A stretch of 64,000 bases of DNA from an uncultured Gemmatimonadales bacterium (GTDB taxonomy: Bacteria; Gemmatimonadota; Gemmatimonadetes; Gemmatimonadales; GWC2-71-9): assembly GCA_963728915.1 (NCBI GenBank), contig CAVSLV010000003.1, forward strand, positions 160,001-224,000. Reading direction: 5' to 3'. The notes below the pieces were generated by a model, which saw nothing but the letters and a program-made list of their open reading frames with translations, was not told the DNA's origin and did no database searches. Shown here piece after piece: positions 9,997 to 19,320 of this stretch (the stretch's first letter is position 1; each line of letters begins with the position of its first letter). The translations under genes were made by a program, and so were the position numbers.

Positions 9997-10533
9997 ATGG
10001 ACGTTTTCCGGCTCGCCGACGCCGATCGTGTGCTCCTCCGAGTCAAGGCGGGAGACCCGGCGGCGCAGGAAACCGTGTACCGGGCTTTCGAGGCCCCGGT
10101 CTATAACCTGGCCCGCCGCATCTGCCGCACCGCCGAGGACGCCGAGGACGTGCTCCAGGAGACCTTCCTGGAGGTCTTCCGCAGCATCGGGAGCTACCGC
10201 GGAGAAGGAAGTCTCTGGGGATGGGTCCGGACCATCGCGGCCAGCAAGGCGCTGATGCGGCTTCGCCGGAACAAGTATCGCGAGACCGACGAGCTCCAGG
10301 ACGACATCATCCCGATCCGGCGGGAGGACACCGCCCTTCGCATGGACCTGGAGGCGGCGCTGGAACGGCTCAATCCGGTCTCCCGCGCCGTGGTCTGGCT
10401 CCACGACGTGGAGGGCTACACCCACGAAGAAATCGCCCGACTGATGGACAAGACCGCGAGTTTTTCGAAGTCCCAGCTGGCCCGGGCGCATGCGCGGCTG
10501 CGCCGCTGGCTGGGGGAGGAGGTACTGGTATGA
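9997..10533 (+). CDS. ECF sigma-70 factor
   Basis: Region 2 DAEDVLQETFL; region 4 LHDVEGYTHEEIA...SKSQLARA. Start may be GTG 9976. Confidence 0.92.
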   Translation: MDVFRLADADRVLLRVKAGDPAAQETVYRAFEAPVYNLARRICRTAEDAEDVLQETFLEVFRSIGSYRGEGSLWGWVRTIAASKALMRLRRNKYRETDELQDDIIPIRREDTALRMDLEAALERLNPVSRAVVWLHDVEGYTHEEIARLMDKTASFSKSQLARAHARLRRWLGEEVLV

Positions 10534-11141
10534 CTCACCTGACCATCGAGGAGCTGCTTGCCCTGCATGAGCCGGGGCTCGAGCCGGGGGTGCAGACGTT
10601 GCGGGATCACGTCGACGGCTGTGAAGCGTGCCGCGGCGAGCTGGATCGGATGGACCAGCGGATCGCCCGGCTTCGGGCTCTGCCGGTGCTTCGCCCCGCG
10701 CGAAGCCGGTTCTCCGAGATTCAGGCCCAGACCGGGCGATGGCGGTTCCGGCGTCGTTTCAAGCTGATCGGCGGAAGCGCCCTGGCGCTCGCCGCCACGG
10801 TGGTGCTCGCGGTGGTTCTGGTTCCCGCCGCCCGCTCCGGCTCGACCGGAGCCCTTGCCGAGCAGCGCGAGCTGGATTCCATCATCGCGCGGTCCCGCAA
10901 CCTCGAGAGCTTCATACAGACCCTGGACCCCGATAATCGGGTGACCGACGGCCGCACCGCGATGGTCGCGGCCGGCCTGGAGGACCGGGTGGCCCAGATC
11001 GACCGGCAGCTCCAGGTGGTCAACCTCATGAACGATCAATCCGGCGCCGACCGGGCGCTCCAGCTGTGGCGGGAACGGCTGGGATTGTTGGACGCGCTGG
11101 TGGACGTGCATACCACCGGCGCCCGTTACGTGCGGTACTGA
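10530..11141 (+). CDS. Zinc-binding (HxxxCxxC) membrane anti-sigma factor
   Basis: HVDGCEAC, one TM helix; ATGA overlap with the sigma gene. Confidence 0.8.
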   Translation: MTHLTIEELLALHEPGLEPGVQTLRDHVDGCEACRGELDRMDQRIARLRALPVLRPARSRFSEIQAQTGRWRFRRRFKLIGGSALALAATVVLAVVLVPAARSGSTGALAEQRELDSIIARSRNLESFIQTLDPDNRVTDGRTAMVAAGLEDRVAQIDRQLQVVNLMNDQSGADRALQLWRERLGLLDALVDVHTTGARYVRY

Positions 11142-11161
11142 CCGCAAAGGAGCAGAGCCTC

Positions 11162-12013
11162 ATGATCGCAGTGCGTCATACCCTCTTCGCCCTGGTCGCG
11201 GTGGCGGCCACGACGCCCATCGTCGGGGAAGCCCAGCGCGGCGCGGACACCGTCCACCGCCGGGTAACCGTGTTCCGGGGCGATTCCCTTTTTCCCTGGA
11301 GGAACCTGTTCACCCAGCGCCGGGCCCGGCTCGGCGTCACGGTGGACCTCCAGTCGTCCGACTCCACCGGGGCGCTGATCGAAGCGGTCACCCCGGGTGG
11401 ACCCGCGGCCAAAGCCGGCATCAAGAGCGGCGACATCATAACCCGCATCGACGGGAAGTCGCTGGCGGGCGAGGACGCCGGGGGCCGGCTGGTCGAGATC
11501 TCGTCCCAGCTCAAGCCCGACCAGGCCGTGAACCTCGAGTATCTCCGCGACAAGGCCCGCCACACCACGACCCTGACCACCGGCGACGAGCCCATCATGG
11601 TGTTCGAAGGACCCAGTGGGCAGATGCGGTTCCGGGCGCCCGACGTCGACGTCGAGCGGTTCCCCGGCGGATTCTCCCTGGGAGCCGGACCCGGGAACTT
11701 CATGTTCGAGATGGGTCATGGGCTGATGGATCTCCAGCTCGCCCCCCTGAACCCCGAGCTGGGAGCCTACTTCGGGACCAGCGAGGGGGTGCTGGTGATC
11801 GACGTGCCCAAGGAATCCACCCTGGGCGTCAAGCCCGGCGACGTGGTGCAGGCGATCGACGGACGGAAGGTGACCGCGGTTGCCAATTTCTTCCGGATTC
11901 TCCGAAGCTACGACCCCGGAGACAGCTTCAAGCTCGACATCATGCGAAACAAGAGCCGCATGACGGTGACCGGGAAGCTCGACACCCCGAGAGATCGGGA
12001 TCAGGATCGCTGA
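11162..12013 (+). CDS. Secreted two-PDZ-domain protein without a protease domain
   Basis: Signal peptide; RLGV...PGGPAAKAGIKSGDII and GVKPGDVVQAIDG. Confidence 0.85.
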   Translation: MIAVRHTLFALVAVAATTPIVGEAQRGADTVHRRVTVFRGDSLFPWRNLFTQRRARLGVTVDLQSSDSTGALIEAVTPGGPAAKAGIKSGDIITRIDGKSLAGEDAGGRLVEISSQLKPDQAVNLEYLRDKARHTTTLTTGDEPIMVFEGPSGQMRFRAPDVDVERFPGGFSLGAGPGNFMFEMGHGLMDLQLAPLNPELGAYFGTSEGVLVIDVPKESTLGVKPGDVVQAIDGRKVTAVANFFRILRSYDPGDSFKLDIMRNKSRMTVTGKLDTPRDRDQDR

Positions 12014-12034
12014 CCCGAGCACACCCAAACCCTG

Positions 12035-12071
12035 GCGAGGGTGGCCCTCACGGCCACCCTCGCTTTTTTTT
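12035..12071 (+). terminator. Intrinsic terminator of the sigma/anti-sigma/PDZ operon
   Basis: Perfect 12-bp stem GCGAGGGTGGCC/GGCCACCCTCGC, 5-nt loop, then T8. Confidence 0.9.
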
Positions 12072-12076
12072 CACCT

Positions 12077-12913
12077 GTGATCGTCCACCTCATCGACGGA
12101 ACCTACGAGCTGTTCCGGCAGTTCTACGGCCGCCGCCGGGCCAACCAGGGACGGGACGAGCCCTTCGGAGCCGTGCTCGGCGTGCTGCATTCGCTCCTGG
12201 CCCAGGTCGAGCAGGGGGCGACCCATATCGGCGTGGCCACCGATCAGGTGATCGAATCGTTCCGCAACGAGCTGTGGCCCGGGTACAAGACCAGTGAAGG
12301 AATCGAGCCGGCGCTCTGGCGCCAGTTCCCCGAGCTCGAGACCGGGCTCGCCGCCATGGGAATCGTGGTCTGGCCCATGATCGAGCTCGAAGCGGACGAC
12401 GCACTGGCCTCCGCCGCCCGCCTCGCCGACCAGGACTCCCGGGTGGAACGGGTCTGCATCTGGGCGAACGACAAGGACCTTGGCCAATGCGTCCGGGGCA
12501 CCCGGGTCGTCCAGGTCATCCGCCGCAGCGACGAAATCCGGGATGAAGCAGGAGTGACGCGGAAGTTCGGAGTGGGGCCGGCCCTGATTCCCGATTATCT
12601 CGCCCTGGTGGGCGACGCCCAGGACGGATATCCGGGGATTCCGGGCATCGGCGCCGTGACCGCGGCACGGCTTCTCAATCGCCACGGACCGATCGAGCGC
12701 TTCCCGCCCGACGTGTTAGGGGAGCGGCTGGAGGCCGCCCTGCTCTTCAAGCGTCTCGCCACGTTGCGGAGCGACGCCGCCCTGTTCACCGATGTCGATC
12801 AGCTCGCCTGGGCCGGACCGGCGCCGGGCTTCGCCGGCCTGGCCGAGCGAATGGGCGATCCGCGCCTGGCCCTCCGTTGCGCTTCTGCGGCAGCCCGGGG
12901 CGTCGCTTCCTGA
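12077..12913 (+). CDS. Stand-alone 5'-3' exonuclease (flap endonuclease, PolI N-terminal-like)
   Basis: LIDG, FRNELWPGYK, EADD, DKD, LVGDAQDGYPGIPGIG (H3TH). Confidence 0.9.
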   Translation: MIVHLIDGTYELFRQFYGRRRANQGRDEPFGAVLGVLHSLLAQVEQGATHIGVATDQVIESFRNELWPGYKTSEGIEPALWRQFPELETGLAAMGIVVWPMIELEADDALASAARLADQDSRVERVCIWANDKDLGQCVRGTRVVQVIRRSDEIRDEAGVTRKFGVGPALIPDYLALVGDAQDGYPGIPGIGAVTAARLLNRHGPIERFPPDVLGERLEAALLFKRLATLRSDAALFTDVDQLAWAGPAPGFAGLAERMGDPRLALRCASAAARGVAS

Positions 12914-12957
12914 ACCACATCGCGCGGACCGACCCCGAAGGTTATAGTAGTGTTCCC

Positions 12958-14820
12958 ATGACAGCGAGCGACGGGGCGGACCTGTTTCGGAGCCAGGACG
13001 ATGGCTCCGGCCGCATGGTCCCCGATGCTCATCCGATGCCCCAGGAAGAGCCGGAAAGCCTCGAGGTGTGGGGCTTTCGCGGCGCCGGATTCGACCTGCT
13101 GGACAACGGAAGCGTGATCCTCCGGGGCGATCGCTACACCGGCAGCGGCGCCGAGCTCCCCGATCTCCTGCCCTGGGTGCGGAAAACGCTCGGGTGCGAT
13201 ATTCGTCCCGGCGATCTTCATCCCTCGCGCTATCCCCCCGACATTCCCGAGTCGCGTCTCCACCCGTCGCTCCTCGACGATCTCCGGGAGATCCTGCCCG
13301 ACGCCGCCATCTCGACCGAGCCCGAGCTTCGGCTGCGCCGGGGCCACGGACATACTCTGGAAGAAATGTGGGCGATCAAGTACGGGAAGATCGAGCGAGT
13401 CCCCGACCTGGTGGTCTATCCGGAGACCGACGGACAGGTGAGCGCACTGGTCCAGGTCGCGCTTCGCCATGAGGCGTGCCTGGTGCCGTACGGCGGCGGG
13501 ACCAATGTGACCGATGCCCTCCGCTGTCCGCCGGACGAAGACCGCACCATCATCGCCGTCGATATGAGCAGGATGAACCGGATTCGCTGGATCGACCCGG
13601 TGAATCGGATGGCCTGCATTGAAGCCGGCGCGGTCGGCCGCCATATCCAGTCCCGGCTCGCCGCCATGGGTTTCACCCTCGGCCATGAGCCCGACAGCGT
13701 CGAGTTCTCGACCCTGGGAGGATGGATCGCGACCTACGCGAGCGGGATGAAGAAGAACCGCTATGGCAACATCGAGGACCTGGTGCTCGATGTTGAGGTC
13801 GTCTCCTCGCTGGGCGAGCTGCGCCATGCCCCGTTTCCCCGGGAATCGGCCGGCCTGGATCCTCGCCGCTGGGTGTTCGGCTCGGAGGGCTCACTCGGGA
13901 TCGTCACCAGCGCGGTGGTCAAGATTTTTCCGCTCCCCGAAGTCCAGCGCTATGACGCGCTGCTCTTTCCCGATTTCGAAACCGGGGTGCGGTTCCTGTA
14001 TGACCTGACCCGCGAGGCGGTGCCGCCCGCGAGTGTCCGGCTGGTGGACAATCTCCAGTTTCAGCTCAGTCAGACCCTCAAGCCGAAGGCGGAAGGCGCG
14101 CTGGCCCTGAAACGGAAGCTCGAGCGGCTCCTGGTGACCCGGCTCAAGGGGTTCGATCCCTCCCGCATGGTCGCCTGCACGCTGGTGTTCGAGGGCGGCG
14201 CGCGCGAAGTCTCGGCGCAGGAAGCGGCGGTGGCCGGGCTGATGCGGCGCCACGGAGGAATGCGGGCGGGCGCGGAGAACGGGCGGCGGGGATATCAGCT
14301 CACCTTCGGGATTGCCTACCTCCGCGACTTCGTGATGCGATATTGGGTCCTGGGCGAATCGTTCGAGACCTCGGTGCCCTGGAGCCGGGTGCTCTCCCTC
14401 TGCGACAACGTGAAACAGCGGCTCCACGCCGAATGCGCGGCGCGAGGCGTGCCCGGCCGTCCGTTCGTCACCGCGCGGGTCACCCAGCTCTATCAGACCG
14501 GGGTCTGCGTGTACTTCTATTTCGGGTTCTATCACAAGGGCATGGCGGACCCGCTGGCGACGTACCTGGAGCTCGAGCGGGCGGCGCGGGAGGAAATTCT
14601 GGCATCAGGCGGCTCGATCTCCCACCATCATGGGGTAGGGAAACTGCGGCGCGGGTTTCTGAGCCGGGTATTCTCTCCCGCGGTGCTGGACTGGGCCGCC
14701 GGGATCAAGCAGGCGGTTGATCCGAACAACGTTTTCGGGATCGGCAACCTGACCGGAGGTCTGGCCGGGGTGAGACCCGGGCCCGACCCGGAGGGGTCCC
14801 CATTCCGGATGAAAACGTGA
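12958..14820 (+). CDS. Alkyl-dihydroxyacetonephosphate synthase (AGPS/ADPS)-like FAD enzyme
   Basis: PYGGGTNV, GHEPDSVEFSTLGGW, ASGMKKNRYGNIEDL, GSEGSLG, PASVRLVDN, ESFETSV, and the His triad SHHHGVG. Confidence 0.88.
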   Translation: MTASDGADLFRSQDDGSGRMVPDAHPMPQEEPESLEVWGFRGAGFDLLDNGSVILRGDRYTGSGAELPDLLPWVRKTLGCDIRPGDLHPSRYPPDIPESRLHPSLLDDLREILPDAAISTEPELRLRRGHGHTLEEMWAIKYGKIERVPDLVVYPETDGQVSALVQVALRHEACLVPYGGGTNVTDALRCPPDEDRTIIAVDMSRMNRIRWIDPVNRMACIEAGAVGRHIQSRLAAMGFTLGHEPDSVEFSTLGGWIATYASGMKKNRYGNIEDLVLDVEVVSSLGELRHAPFPRESAGLDPRRWVFGSEGSLGIVTSAVVKIFPLPEVQRYDALLFPDFETGVRFLYDLTREAVPPASVRLVDNLQFQLSQTLKPKAEGALALKRKLERLLVTRLKGFDPSRMVACTLVFEGGAREVSAQEAAVAGLMRRHGGMRAGAENGRRGYQLTFGIAYLRDFVMRYWVLGESFETSVPWSRVLSLCDNVKQRLHAECAARGVPGRPFVTARVTQLYQTGVCVYFYFGFYHKGMADPLATYLELERAAREEILASGGSISHHHGVGKLRRGFLSRVFSPAVLDWAAGIKQAVDPNNVFGIGNLTGGLAGVRPGPDPEGSPFRMKT

Positions 14821-17129
14821 GCGGCGGGCGCGAGTTCCTCCTCACCGGCGTCACCGGCTTTCTGGGCAAGGTCGTCCTGGAGGAGCTGGTCCGCCGCCGC
14901 GAGGAGCTCGGAGTCGAGCGCATTCACGTCATCATCAGGCCTCGCAAGGGACTGGCCCCGGAACAACGGTTCGAACGTGAAGTCACCGCGTCGGGATGCT
15001 TCGCCAAGCTGGCGCCCGACTGGACCGATGCGGTGTCCGTCGTCGAAGGAACCCTGGAAAAAACCTGCCTGGGCATTTCCCCCGAAGCGCGGGAGCATCT
15101 GGGCAGCCGGATCACCCACATCCTCCACGCGGCCGCCTCGGTGAGCTTCGACCTGCCGCTCAGCGAGGCGGCCCGCTCCAACGTCGACACCACGGTCCAT
15201 CTCCTCGAGCTGGCCCGCGCCTGTCGACGCCTGGAAAGGCTGGTGTACGTCTCGACGGCCTACGTCACGCCCCATCCCGGGAACGGCGAGCCTATCCTCG
15301 AGGCGCTGGCACCCCTCCCCTGGGAGCCCGAGGAGGTGTATCGCAGGATCCAATCGGGGAACGCCGACGAGAAGACCCTGCTCAGGGAATCCCGTCACCC
15401 GAATACCTACACCCTGACCAAATGCCTGGCGGAGCACCTGCTCAGCGCCCGCCATGGGAGCGTGCCGCTCTCGATCGTCCGGCCCAGCATCATCTCGGCG
15501 AGCTGGAAGCACCCCTTCCCCGGATGGATCGATAGCATGGCCGGGTTCGGTGGCTTCGTCGTGCTGATCGGGTTAGGTCACCTGCGGGTCGTGGCGGCCG
15601 CCCCGTCCACCCGGATCGACCTGGTCCCGGTGGATGTGGTGGCCAACCGGATGCTCGACGAGTGCGAGCGTCCTGCGACCGGGACCGTGCCGGTCATTCG
15701 CCACGCCGTGTCGGGCCTGGCCCACAGCCCCCGGGTGCTCGACTGCTGGGACCGGATCCGGGAATTCTTCCTGGTCCACCGGGTGGATCGACGCCCCACC
15801 ATCCGGTACGTGGGGCCCCGAGGAGTCCGCTTCACCATTGCGGACAGCCTCCATCACCGGATGGCGGTCAAGGTCGCCGGCATCCGTTCTCCGGCCTTGC
15901 GCCGCTCCGGGGCCCAGCTGCTCTCCCGCCTCACCTATCTCAACGAAGCCTTCCCGTACTTCACCTCGAACGCGTTCGACTTCCGGAGCGCTCGTCCCCC
16001 GGAGGCCGGGTTCGAACCGGTGGAGTATGTCACCACGGTCTGCCGGGGGATCTACCGCCACGTCCTGGATCGGGACGAGACCGAGTGGACCCTGGCGGGC
16101 GGTCGGCATCGCGGGTTAGGAGAGAGCGATTTCCACTGGGCGTTTACCCAGCCCGCCGGCAATCTCTGGATCCGCTCCGCCGCCTGGGTGATGACCAAGG
16201 TGCTGCGCCGGATCGCCGACCGGATCACCGTGGATATTCCTTCGTTCGAGGCCGCCCGGCGCGCCACCGCCGCCGGGGAACCCATCGCCCTGGTGCCCAA
16301 CCACCGGAGCTATCTCGATTTCGTCCTCTGCTCCTACTTGTGCTTTGCCCGGCCCGACCTGCGGATCGGGATCCCCTATATCGCTGCGGCGATCGAGTTC
16401 GGACGGATTCCTCTGCTCGGCAGAATCCTGACCTGGCTCCATGCCTTCTACGTGAAGCGCGGCGCCGGCCCCGATCCCGAGGTGACCCGGCGGGTGCACA
16501 CCCTGGTGGATCAGGGCAAGACGCTCGAGTTCTTCGTCGAGGGTCAGCGCAGCCGGTCCCGGGAATTCCTGCCACCCAAACGGGGCCTGTTGCGGGTGCT
16601 GCAAGCCACCGGGAAGACCTTTACGCTGCTTCCGGTGGCGTTCACCTATGACCGGGTGCCCGAGGAGAGAAGCTTCGCGAAGGAGCTGGGCGGCGCCCCC
16701 AAGCCGAAGATGCGCCTCACCGGACTCCTCGGCTGGGCAGTCCGCGCCTGGCGCGGCAAGGTGCGCCTGGGCCGGATCCACATCGCGTGCGGCCCACCGG
16801 TCCGGCTGCTTCCCGACAGCGACGTGCAGCGAGTCGCCGATGAGGTCATCCAGAGGCTCGAGGAAGCCACCGTTGCCACCACCTACCACCTGGAGGCGTT
16901 TCTGGCCCGGTACTCGCTCGACGGTCTCGACCATCAGGCCCTCCGCCGCGAGATCGAAGTCCGGGGGGGACGCGTGCTGGAGAGTCCGCTCCGCCCGGAG
17001 ACCGGGCTCGATCCCCGGATCGCCCACACCTTCCGATACCAGTTCCAGCACCATTTCCGCACCGGGGACGACGAAGTCCCCTTCGACCGGATCCTTTCCG
17101 ACATTCGCGAGCGCGAGCCGGTCGGGTGA
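14817..17129 (+). CDS. Bifunctional fatty acyl-CoA reductase / DHAP(glycerolipid) acyltransferase (FARAT-like fusion)
   Basis: FAR part: TGVTGFLGKV, HAAASV, YVSTAYV, NTYTLTK, RPSII. Acyltransferase part: PNHRSYLD (HX4D), FFVEGQRSR, LPVAFTYD. GTGA overlap with the upstream gene. Confidence 0.85.
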   Translation: MSGGREFLLTGVTGFLGKVVLEELVRRREELGVERIHVIIRPRKGLAPEQRFEREVTASGCFAKLAPDWTDAVSVVEGTLEKTCLGISPEAREHLGSRITHILHAAASVSFDLPLSEAARSNVDTTVHLLELARACRRLERLVYVSTAYVTPHPGNGEPILEALAPLPWEPEEVYRRIQSGNADEKTLLRESRHPNTYTLTKCLAEHLLSARHGSVPLSIVRPSIISASWKHPFPGWIDSMAGFGGFVVLIGLGHLRVVAAAPSTRIDLVPVDVVANRMLDECERPATGTVPVIRHAVSGLAHSPRVLDCWDRIREFFLVHRVDRRPTIRYVGPRGVRFTIADSLHHRMAVKVAGIRSPALRRSGAQLLSRLTYLNEAFPYFTSNAFDFRSARPPEAGFEPVEYVTTVCRGIYRHVLDRDETEWTLAGGRHRGLGESDFHWAFTQPAGNLWIRSAAWVMTKVLRRIADRITVDIPSFEAARRATAAGEPIALVPNHRSYLDFVLCSYLCFARPDLRIGIPYIAAAIEFGRIPLLGRILTWLHAFYVKRGAGPDPEVTRRVHTLVDQGKTLEFFVEGQRSRSREFLPPKRGLLRVLQATGKTFTLLPVAFTYDRVPEERSFAKELGGAPKPKMRLTGLLGWAVRAWRGKVRLGRIHIACGPPVRLLPDSDVQRVADEVIQRLEEATVATTYHLEAFLARYSLDGLDHQALRREIEVRGGRVLESPLRPETGLDPRIAHTFRYQFQHHFRTGDDEVPFDRILSDIREREPVG

Positions 17130-18136
17130 GCGCGGCGCCAGCCTGGCTGGTGACCGGCGCCACCGGCTTTCTCGGCCGTCATGTCCTGAGCCGGCTCGCC
17201 GGGGAGGCGGACCCGCCCAGAGTGCTCGCCCTGCTCCGAGATCCCGCGGAGTGGGGCCGGCTCGGGTGGACTCGCCCGCTGGCCGCGGTGGAGCCGGTCG
17301 AGGGCGACATCACCGACGCCGGGCTGGCCGCGCGATTCGATCCGGCGCGCCTCAGCCTGGCCGGCGTTCTGCACTTCGCGGCCCTGGTCAGTAACCATCG
17401 CGAGTTGGCGGCCGAGGTCGTGCGGGTCAACGTCGAGGGAACGCTCAACGTGGCGGGGATCGCGGCGGCGCATCGCTGCCGGATGATCTTCGTCTCGACC
17501 TCCGGGACAGTGGGATGTTTCCGGGAGCCGGAAGGCTCGGCCGACGAAGAGGCGCCCTACTGCGAGGAGGAAGTCCGGGCCTGGCCCTACTACCGATCGA
17601 AGATTCTCGCGGAACGGAAAGCCCGCGCGCTGGCCGCCGAGCGGGACGTCGAGCTGGTCATCGTGCGACCGCCGATCCTGCTCGGCCCCGACGACCACCG
17701 CCATCGTTCGACCAACCACGTGCGCAGGCTTCTGGAGGGCAAGGTGCCGGTGGTGGTGCGCGGAGGGATGCACTTCGCGGACGTGCGGGACGTCGCGCTG
17801 GCCCTCGTCCGGATCATGCGGCGTCCGACGGTCCGGCCGGTGTATCATCTTCCCGGAATTCAGTGCTCCATCGAAGCCTTCTACGGCGACATCGCGCGGA
17901 TCTCCGGGGCGAAGCCCCCTCGACGGGTCGTTCCCTATCGCCTCGCCTGGACTGCGGCGAAGGTGTCGAGCCTCCTGGGGCTCTCACGCCTTCCCGAACC
18001 GAGCCTGGTGGAAATGGCCGCGCACTACTGGGGCATTCACTCGAAGTACGCCGAAGCGGAGCTGGGGTATCATACCCGCGCCGGCGAGCTGACCCTGCGG
18101 GACACGATCGACTGGCTTCGGCGGGAGGCGCCATGA
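17126..18136 (+). CDS. Extended SDR / NAD-dependent epimerase-dehydratase family
   Basis: TGATGFLG, NVEGT, FVST, YYRSK (YxxxK); GTGA overlap. Confidence 0.85.
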   Translation: MSAAPAWLVTGATGFLGRHVLSRLAGEADPPRVLALLRDPAEWGRLGWTRPLAAVEPVEGDITDAGLAARFDPARLSLAGVLHFAALVSNHRELAAEVVRVNVEGTLNVAGIAAAHRCRMIFVSTSGTVGCFREPEGSADEEAPYCEEEVRAWPYYRSKILAERKARALAAERDVELVIVRPPILLGPDDHRHRSTNHVRRLLEGKVPVVVRGGMHFADVRDVALALVRIMRRPTVRPVYHLPGIQCSIEAFYGDIARISGAKPPRRVVPYRLAWTAAKVSSLLGLSRLPEPSLVEMAAHYWGIHSKYAEAELGYHTRAGELTLRDTIDWLRREAP

Positions 18137-19092
18137 CCGCATCACGACGCACACTGGTGACGCTGCTGATGGTTCTGCCGGCGGCGCCGCTGGTCGCCCA
18201 GAGTCTCCCGACCTACTCGCCGCTCAACCCGATGGCGCAGATGCGGTCAGGCCTGACCACCCTGCCCTGGTTCGGGGATGGGAGAACCTGGCACGCGTCC
18301 GCCACGCTCGACTACGGCAACGCGATCGAATACACCACCGGACAGGACCTGACCTATATCCTCGACGCCGAGCTGCTGAACGCACGGTTGCTGGTGTCCC
18401 GGAGCGTCGGGCGCCGCGGATTCGTGCTCGGCGAGGCGAGCCTGCACGGCTCCTACGACGGGTTCCTGGACGGGTTTCTCGACTGGTATCACGACCTGAC
18501 CGGACTGCACGTGGCGGCCCGATCGCTCAGGCCCCGCAACGAATTCGACTACGAGCTGGAGCTCGGCGAAAACCAGTTCCACTACCAGACCGCGAGTTAC
18601 CTGGGAGACATCCGGCTGGGCGGCGGACTCCAGTTCGGGAAGGGATGGCAGAGCGGGTTATGGGTGACGCTGCCGACCAGCGGCGCGTCGAACGGGTACC
18701 GGATGGGAACCGTATCGGTGAATGGGAGCCTGATGCTGCACCGGGACTTCGGCGCCACCGGAAGGTTCACCTACGAGGGCAGCATCGGCCTGGGGGTGAC
18801 GCCGCGCCATGGCGACCTCGAGCCCTGGCAGCGCACCGTGTTCCTCATGGTGACGCAGGGAGCCCGGGCCAGGCTGGTCGGGCCGCTCCATGTCTTCGGT
18901 AACCTGTTCTACGATACGCCCTACTATCGGAACACCATGACCCCGGAGCTCGACCGGAAGGAGCTTACCCTCGACACCGGATTGCTGTTTCGGTTCCGGC
19001 ACGGACCGGCCTGGCTTCTGAGCATGACCCAGGACCTCTCCCCCTCCGGTCCGGCGATCGATGTGGCATTCAGGCTGGGGGTGTACTGGTAG
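18133..19092 (+). CDS. Putative outer-membrane beta-barrel protein (DUF3187-like)
   Basis: Signal peptide; GFLDGFLDWYH motif; amphipathic strands; terminal Trp; ATGA overlap. Confidence 0.65.
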   Translation: MTASRRTLVTLLMVLPAAPLVAQSLPTYSPLNPMAQMRSGLTTLPWFGDGRTWHASATLDYGNAIEYTTGQDLTYILDAELLNARLLVSRSVGRRGFVLGEASLHGSYDGFLDGFLDWYHDLTGLHVAARSLRPRNEFDYELELGENQFHYQTASYLGDIRLGGGLQFGKGWQSGLWVTLPTSGASNGYRMGTVSVNGSLMLHRDFGATGRFTYEGSIGLGVTPRHGDLEPWQRTVFLMVTQGARARLVGPLHVFGNLFYDTPYYRNTMTPELDRKELTLDTGLLFRFRHGPAWLLSMTQDLSPSGPAIDVAFRLGVYW

Positions 19093-19312
19093 CCAGGAAC
19101 TGCTCCATGTGCTGAAGCAGAAACTGGCGGGCGTCCGCCTCTCGAAGATTCAGTCCGTAGTGATTGATGAGCTGTTGCTGGAACTTGAGCCACTCGGCCC
19201 AGCAGGGCGCGCAGATCTCCTTGAACAGCCGCTGACCAATCGGGGTGGGGAACGGCGGAAAGGGCTGCTGGTCCCGGGTTTGGCCGCAGCGCACACAGGT
19301 GATGTCGGGCAT
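19070..19312 (-). CDS. Fe(II)-trafficking / oxidative damage protection protein (YggX family)
   Basis: CVRC, PFPTPIGQRLFKEICAPCWAEWL, LINHYGLNL. Confidence 0.85.
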   Translation of the reverse strand: MPDITCVRCGQTRDQQPFPPFPTPIGQRLFKEICAPCWAEWLKFQQQLINHYGLNLREADARQFLLQHMEQFLATSTPPA

Positions 19313-19320
19313 TCCGGAAA

